Assembly (NCBI RefSeq): GCF_009914755.1
Contig: NC_060941.1
Length of the DNA: 64,000 nucleotides
Reading direction: 5' to 3' (one strand)
DNA from: the human T2T-CHM13v2.0 reference genome, Homo sapiens
Under the pieces are notes generated by a model. The model saw only the letters and a list, made by a program, of their open reading frames with translations. It made no database searches and was not told the DNA's origin. The position numbers and the translations under genes are program-made. Of the stretch, positions 57,290 to 64,000 are shown one piece after another (within the stretch, counting starts at the first letter, position 1; each line of letters starts with the position of its first letter).

Positions 57290-58250
57290 AGAATGGTTAA
57301 ATGCTGTGTAAAACATAGAAGACATTAAAGGAAAAACTTCTGGCTAAAAACAAACAACTTCTGTACTGGAAAAAATAGAGACTATAAACAAAGTTAAAAG
57401 AAATATTACACAGTGGGGGAGAGATTTATATCCCATATAACAAAAGATTGATTTCCTTCATAAACAAAAAGTTACGGCAAATTAAGAAGTAAAGCATGAA
57501 CAACGAGTGGGAAAAATGCTGTTTCACAGAAAAATATAAATGGTCATTAAACATAGGAAAAGAGGCTCCACCTCATTCATCATTAAAGAAATTCAACTAA
57601 TAGCAAGTTACGATTATTAAGTGTCAAAGTGGCAAAAATATTAAATAATACCAGGATAGAACAAGGTTCTGAGCAAAAAGACACCATTTGATACATGGTA
57701 GGTAAGTCTATAAATTGATAAACCCACGTGGAAGACCTATTTGGTGATATTTATTATTTTTTAAATGTTTGTGCCTTTGATCTGAAAATTCCATTTCCAG
57801 GAATCTATCCCACTGATTTACCCTGACAAGTAAGCCAAGGTGGACATACAATGCATAAGTGCAACAGAAGCAGGAAATATACTATAGGGTGAGGGGGAGT
57901 ATTTTCAAAGTGAGATAGAGCTATATGTGCTGATAGAACACTATATCCAAGATATATTGTGACCAAAAAACAGTACACATAAAATTCCATTTATGTAGAG
58001 AAAAAGGGATTATAAAGGATTATGTGTGTGTGTGCATGATTTTCTGAATATACCTATATATATAATTTTCTGAAAAAAATACACTACCAATTTTACTGCT
58101 GGGCCATGGGAATAAAGGGGGCATTAAGAAAGGTCAACCAGGGAGACTTTAGTTTTCATTTTTTAACTTTTCTATACTGTTTTCATGTTTTTGCTATGAT
58201 CAAATATAATTTTTTAATAGAAAAATTGTTTTAAGAGAGATTTTTCTTTA
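57290..58250 (+). mobile_element. L1ME-like degraded 3' fragment
   Basis: A-rich; TAAACATAGGAAAAGA..CCTCATTCATCATTAAAGAAAT and AATTCCATTTCCAGGAATCTATCC. Confidence 0.75.
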
Positions 58251-59167
58251 AAATGGTTTTAAGAACAGAAGTAAAAGTGTTTACTTTTACTTAACTTCAA
58301 TCGCATACAAAACTCTTTTGTATGCAATGTGATCAGCTTTAAATGGACTATTATAACTATAAGATGTTTTATGTAAGCCTCACTGTAATCACAAGGAGTA
58401 AAATCTCTAGTGGATACACAAAAGCAAAAGGAATCAAAGTATGCCACTATAAAAAAATCAACAAATCATGAAGGAAGGCAGGAAGAAAGAAAAAAAGGAA
58501 CTACAAAACAATCAGAAAACAAATTAATAAAATGACAAGAGTAAGTTTTTGCTTATAAACATTTACATTAAATGTAAATAGACTAAATTCTCCAAACATA
58601 AGATGTAGAATGTCTGAGTGGATTTAAAAAAAACAAGATTCAACAACATGCTGCCTATAAGAGACTCGTTTTAGCTTTAAGGATGCACATAGACTGAAAG
58701 TAAAGCGATGGGAAAGGATATTCCATACAAATGATAACATGGGTGGCTATGCTTATGTCAGATAAAATAGACTTTAAGTCAAAAACTGTTATAAGAGAAA
58801 AAGGTTACTATATAATGATAAAAGGGTCATTTCTACAAGAGATATAACAAATATAAGTCTATATGCACTCAACATCAGATCACCTAAATATATAAAGCAA
58901 ACATTGAAAGAGCTAAAGGGAGTGATAGACAGCAATATAACAGTAGTAGGGGACTTTAATATCTCACTCTCTATAGTGGACAGATGATTCAGAAAGAAAA
59001 TCAATAAGGAAACAGCAAAACTAAGCAACAGTATAGACCAAAAGAACCTAACACATATACAGAACTTTCTACTCAATAGCAGAAAAATATACATTTTTCT
59101 CAAGTGCACTTGGAACATTCTCCAGGATAGATCACATGTTAGGTCACAAAAAAATTTTAACAAATTC

Positions 59168-59584
59168 GGCTAATGTCTGTAATCCCAGCACTTTGGGAGG
59201 CTGAGGGGGGTGGATCACCTGAGGTCAGGAGTTCGAGACCAGCCTGGCTAACATGGTGAAACCCCGTTTCTATTAAAAATACAAAAAATTAGCCTGGCGT
59301 GGTGGCACACACCTGTAATCCCAGCTACTCAGGAGGATGAGGCAGGAGAATCACTTGAACCCAGGAGGTGGAGGTTGCAGTGAGCCGAGATCACACCATT
59401 GAACTCCAGCTTGGGCAACAAGAGCAAAACTCTGTCAAGAAAGGGAAGGGAAGGGGAGCGAAGGCGAAGGGAAGGGAGGGGAGGGGAGGGGAGAGGAGAG
59501 GAGGGGAGGGGAAGGGAGGGGAAGGGAGGGGAAGAGAAGGGAAGGGAAGGGAAGGGAAGGGAAGGGGAAAAGGGAAAGGAAAGG
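59168..59584 (+). mobile_element. AluS-type element whose tail has become a (GGGAA/GGGGA)n purine tract
   Basis: TSD AATTTTAACAAATTC at 59153-59167 and 59585-59599. Confidence 0.93.
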
Positions 59585-60294
59585 AATTTTAACAAATTCA
59601 AGATGATCTAAATTATTCCAAGTACCTTCTCTGACCACAATGAGAAGAAACTAGAAATCAATAACAATAAGAAAATTAGAAAATTCACAAATATGTGGAA
59701 ACTAAATAACACATACTTGAGCAACCATTGGACAAAAGAGGAAATCAAAAGGGAATTTTAAAAATATCTCAAGACAAACAAAAACAAAAACACAATACAC
59801 CAAAATGTATGGGATATAGCAAAAGCAGTTCCAAGAGGAAAGCTTATTAAAATAAATGCCTACATTTTTAAAAAGAAGAAGAAAGATTCCAAATAAACAA
59901 CTACTTTATATCTCAAGGAAGTAGAAAAAGAGAAAACTGAGCTCAAATATAGTAGAAGAAGGGAAATAATAAGGATTAGAGCAGACATAAGTCAAATAGA
60001 GAATAGAAAAACAATAGGTAAAATTAACAAAACTGAGTTGGTTTTTTTTTTTTTTTAATAAAATAAAATTGACAAACCCTTAGCAATACAAAGAAAGAGA
60101 GAAGGCTCAAATAAATAAAGTCAGAAATTTTAAAAGAGGTATTAAAATGAATGTCTCTGAAATAAAAAAGATTATAAGGGACTATCATGTATAATTATAT
60201 GCCAACAAATGGGATAATCTAGAAGAAATGCATAAATTTTTAGAAACATGCCACCTACCAAAACTGAGTCAGGAAGAAATAGAAAGCCTAAACA

Positions 60295-60717
60295 TCCTAT
60301 AGTTTGGATGTTTGTCTCCTCCAATCTCATGTTGAAATCTGATCCCCAATGTTGCAGGTGGGACCTAATGGGAGGTGTTTGGGTCACAGGAGTGGATCCT
60401 TCATGAATACGTTAATGCCCTTTCTTAGGGAAGAGGGGTGAGCAAGTTCTTGCTCTATTAGTTCCTGTGAAAGCTGGTTGTTATAAAGAGCCTGGCACCT
60501 CCCCACTTGCTCTCTCTTGCTTCCTCTCCTGCCATGTGATCTCTGCACAAGCCAGCTCCCCTTCACCTTCTACATGAGTGGCAGCAACCTGAGGCCCTCA
60601 TGAGAAGCAGATGCTGGCATCACACTTTTTGTAGTCTGTGAGCCAAATAAATATCTTTTCTTTATAAATTACCCATGCTCAGCTATTTTATAGCAAGACA
60701 AAATGGACTAAAATACA
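60295..60717 (+). mobile_element. MSTB-like LTR nested in the L1
   Basis: CTATAGTTTGGATGTTTG..CTCATGTTGAAAT..TTTATAAATTACCCA..AAATGGACTAA. Confidence 0.88.
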
Positions 60718-60844
60718 GAAAAATATCAAAGAAGGAGACTGAATCAGTAATCAAAAACCACTCAACAAAGAAAAGCCCTGAATCAAATGGCTTCACAGTT
60801 GAATTATATGGAACAATCAAAGAACTAATACTAGTTCTTCTTAA

Positions 60845-61229
<385 letters not shown>

Positions 61230-63408
61230 CTAGCATCACCCTAATAGCACAGTCAGACAAAGACACCACAAGAAATGAAAACTACAGGGCAATATCTCTG
61301 ATGAACATAGATGCAAAAAAATTCCCAATAAGATACTAGTAAACTGAACTCAACAACACATTAAAAGGATTATACATTATGACCAAGTGGAATTTATCCC
61401 TGGAATGCAAGAATGGTTCAACATACATAAATCAATGTTATATACTACATTAACAGAATGAAAGGGAAAATCTATATAATCATCTAAATAGACATAGAAA
61501 AAGCATCTGACAAAGTTTAACATCCATTCATGATTAAAACTCTCAACAAAATAGCTATAGAAGAAACTTACCTCAACACAGTAAAAGCCCATAACTAATA
61601 TCATAATCAATGGGAAAAAAACTGAAAGCCTTACTATAAGATCTGGTGCGAGTAAAGGATGCCCACTCCCATCATTTCTATTCAACGTAGTACAGGAAGT
61701 TCTAGCCAGTGCTATTAGACAAGAAAAAGAAATAAAAGCATCCAAATCAGAAAGAAGTAAATTTTTTTCTATTTGCAGATGGCAAGATGATATACGTAGA
61801 AAACCCTAAAAACTCAACAACCAAAAAACTGCTTTAAAAAATTCTGTAAAATTACAGAATACAAAGTCAACATACAAAGATCAATTGTGTTTCTATACAC
61901 AACAATTAAGTATGTGAAAAGGAAATTAAGAAAGTAATCCCATTCACAATAGCAACAAAAAAAGACTTAGGAATAAACTTAAAGAGGTTGAGGGCTTGTA
62001 CAGTGAAAATTATAAAACATTGATGCAGGAAATTAAAGAAAATAGACATAAATGAAAGGACATCCTGTGTTCATGGATTGGAATAATTAATATAGTTAAA
62101 ATGTGCATACCACCTACCACCCAAAGTGATCCACAAATTCAGTGCAATCCCTATCAAAATCCCGATGGCATTCTTTACAAAAACGAAAAAATAATCCCAA
62201 AATTTGTATGGAATCACAAAAGATCCTGAATAGCCAAGCAATTTTGAACAAGAACAAAGCGGGAGGCATTACACTTCTTGATTTCAAATATCACAAAGCT
62301 ACAGTAATCAAAATATTATGGTACTGATATAAAACAGATATATAGACCAATCGAACAAAATAGAGAGCCCAGAAATAAATTCATTCATTTATAATCAACA
62401 GATCTTCAACAAGGGTGCCAAAAACACACAATGGAGAAAGGCTAATCTCTTTAATAACTGGTGTTTAAAAAAACTGAAGATTCACATACAGGAGAATAAA
62501 ACTGGACTCTCACCTCACTCCATACACAAAAATCAACTTAAAATGGATTAAAGACATACATGTAAGACCCAAAGCCATAAAACTACTAGAAGAAAACATA
62601 GGGAAAAAAACTTCTTAACATTGGTCTGGCCAATGATTTTTTTGGATATGACACCAAAAGCATAGGCAATAATTCTAAAAATAAGTGAGATTGCATCAAA
62701 CTAAAAAGCTTCTGCATAACAAAGGAAACAATAAAGCCAGGGTGAAAAGGAAAGCTATAGAATGGGAGGAATATTTGCAAATCATATATCTAACAAGAAG
62801 TTAATATCCAAAATATATAAGGAACTCAAACAACTTAATAGCAAAGAAACAAATAACCCAAGTTTAAAATGGGCTAAGTACTTGAATGACATTTCTCAAA
62901 AGAAGTCATACAAATGGCCAATAGGTATATGAAAAGGTGGTCATTATTAACTATCAGAGAAATGCAAAGCAAAACCACAGTTAGATATCCCCTCACACTT
63001 GTTAGGATGGCTATTATCAAAAAGACAAAAGATAACAAGTATGGGCAAGGATGCGAAGAAAAGGGAAGCCTTGTACATTGTTGGTAGAAATGTATGTTGG
63101 TACAGCCATTAGGGAAAACAGTATGGAGTCCTTAAAAATTAAAAATAGAACTACCATATGATCCAGCAAGACTACTTCTAGGTATATATTCAAAGAAAAT
63201 GAAATCAGTTTCTCAAAGAGACAACTGCACCCCCATGTTTATTGCAGCATTATTCACAATTGCCAAGATATGGAAATGGGAAACAACTTAAGTGTCCATC
63301 AGTAAATGAATGGTTAAAGAAGACGTTACATACATAATAGAAAACTATTCAGCCTTTAAAAAGAAGAAAATCCTGCCATTTGCAACAACACAAATGAACC
63401 TGGAGGAC

Positions 63409-63815
63409 TGATATGATTTGGATCTGTGTCCCCACCCAAATCTCATGTCTAATTCTAATCCCCAATGTTGGAGGAGGGGCCTGGTGGGAAGTGATTGGAT
63501 TATGGGGGAGGTTTCTCATGTTTTAACACCATCTCCCTTGGTGCTGTTGTGCTGATAATGAGTTCTCATGAGACCTGGTTGTTTAAAAATGTGTGGCACC
63601 TTCCCCTCTCTCTTCCTCTTGCTCTGGCCATGTAAAGTGCTAGCTCCCCCTGCACCTTCCACCATGATTATAAGTTTCCTGAGGCCTCCCCAGAAGCAGA
63701 TGCCACCATGCTTCCTGTACAACCTGCAGAACTGTGAACCAATTAAACCTCTTTTTTTAATGAGTTACCCAGTCTCAGGAATTTCTTTATGGCAAAGTAA
63801 GAATGGACTAGTACA
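63409..63815 (+). mobile_element. MSTA-like solo LTR nested in the L1 3' region
   Basis: TG...CA termini; 5-bp TSD AGGAC at 63404-63408 and 63816-63820. Confidence 0.92.
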
Positions 63816-64000
63816 AGGACATTATGTTAAGTGAAATAAGCCAGACACAGAATGACAAATACCGCATTATCTCACTTATATGTGGAATCTAAAAATGTCA
63901 AACTCATAAAAACAAATAATAGAATGATGGCTGCCATTGCTGAAGGGTGGGAGGAAATGAGGAGGTGTTGGCCAAAGGACATAAAGGTCCGGTTATGTGG

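Overview
Primate, very probably human, genomic DNA with no recognisable protein-coding exon. The central feature is a large CpG island (~29.7-33.2 kb). It holds a minus-strand promoter and GC-rich first exon that ends at a consensus donor (CCC|GTGAGT, exon end 32563) and lies directly next to a compound (GA)n/GC-box repeat. From recall of the exon sequence and setting, this looks like the non-coding first exon of RBFOX3 (NeuN, 17q25.3). That identification is not proven, because no coding exon is in the window. On this reading, positions 1-32562 are intron 1 and ~33.2-64 kb is upstream sequence. The rest is interspersed repeats (Alu J/S/Y, L1PB, L1M, HAL1, L2, MIR, MLT1/MST LTRs, MER5), several minisatellites and CA/TG-rich tracts. 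The long ORFs in the track are artefacts of repeats and GC content. I found no convincing new multi-gene system. The best leads are regulatory hypotheses: sense-strand UGCAUG (RBFOX-site) arrays, uORFs in exon 1, candidate cryptic or terminal exons, a compound promoter STR, and minisatellites that appear derived from Alu and MIR fragments.
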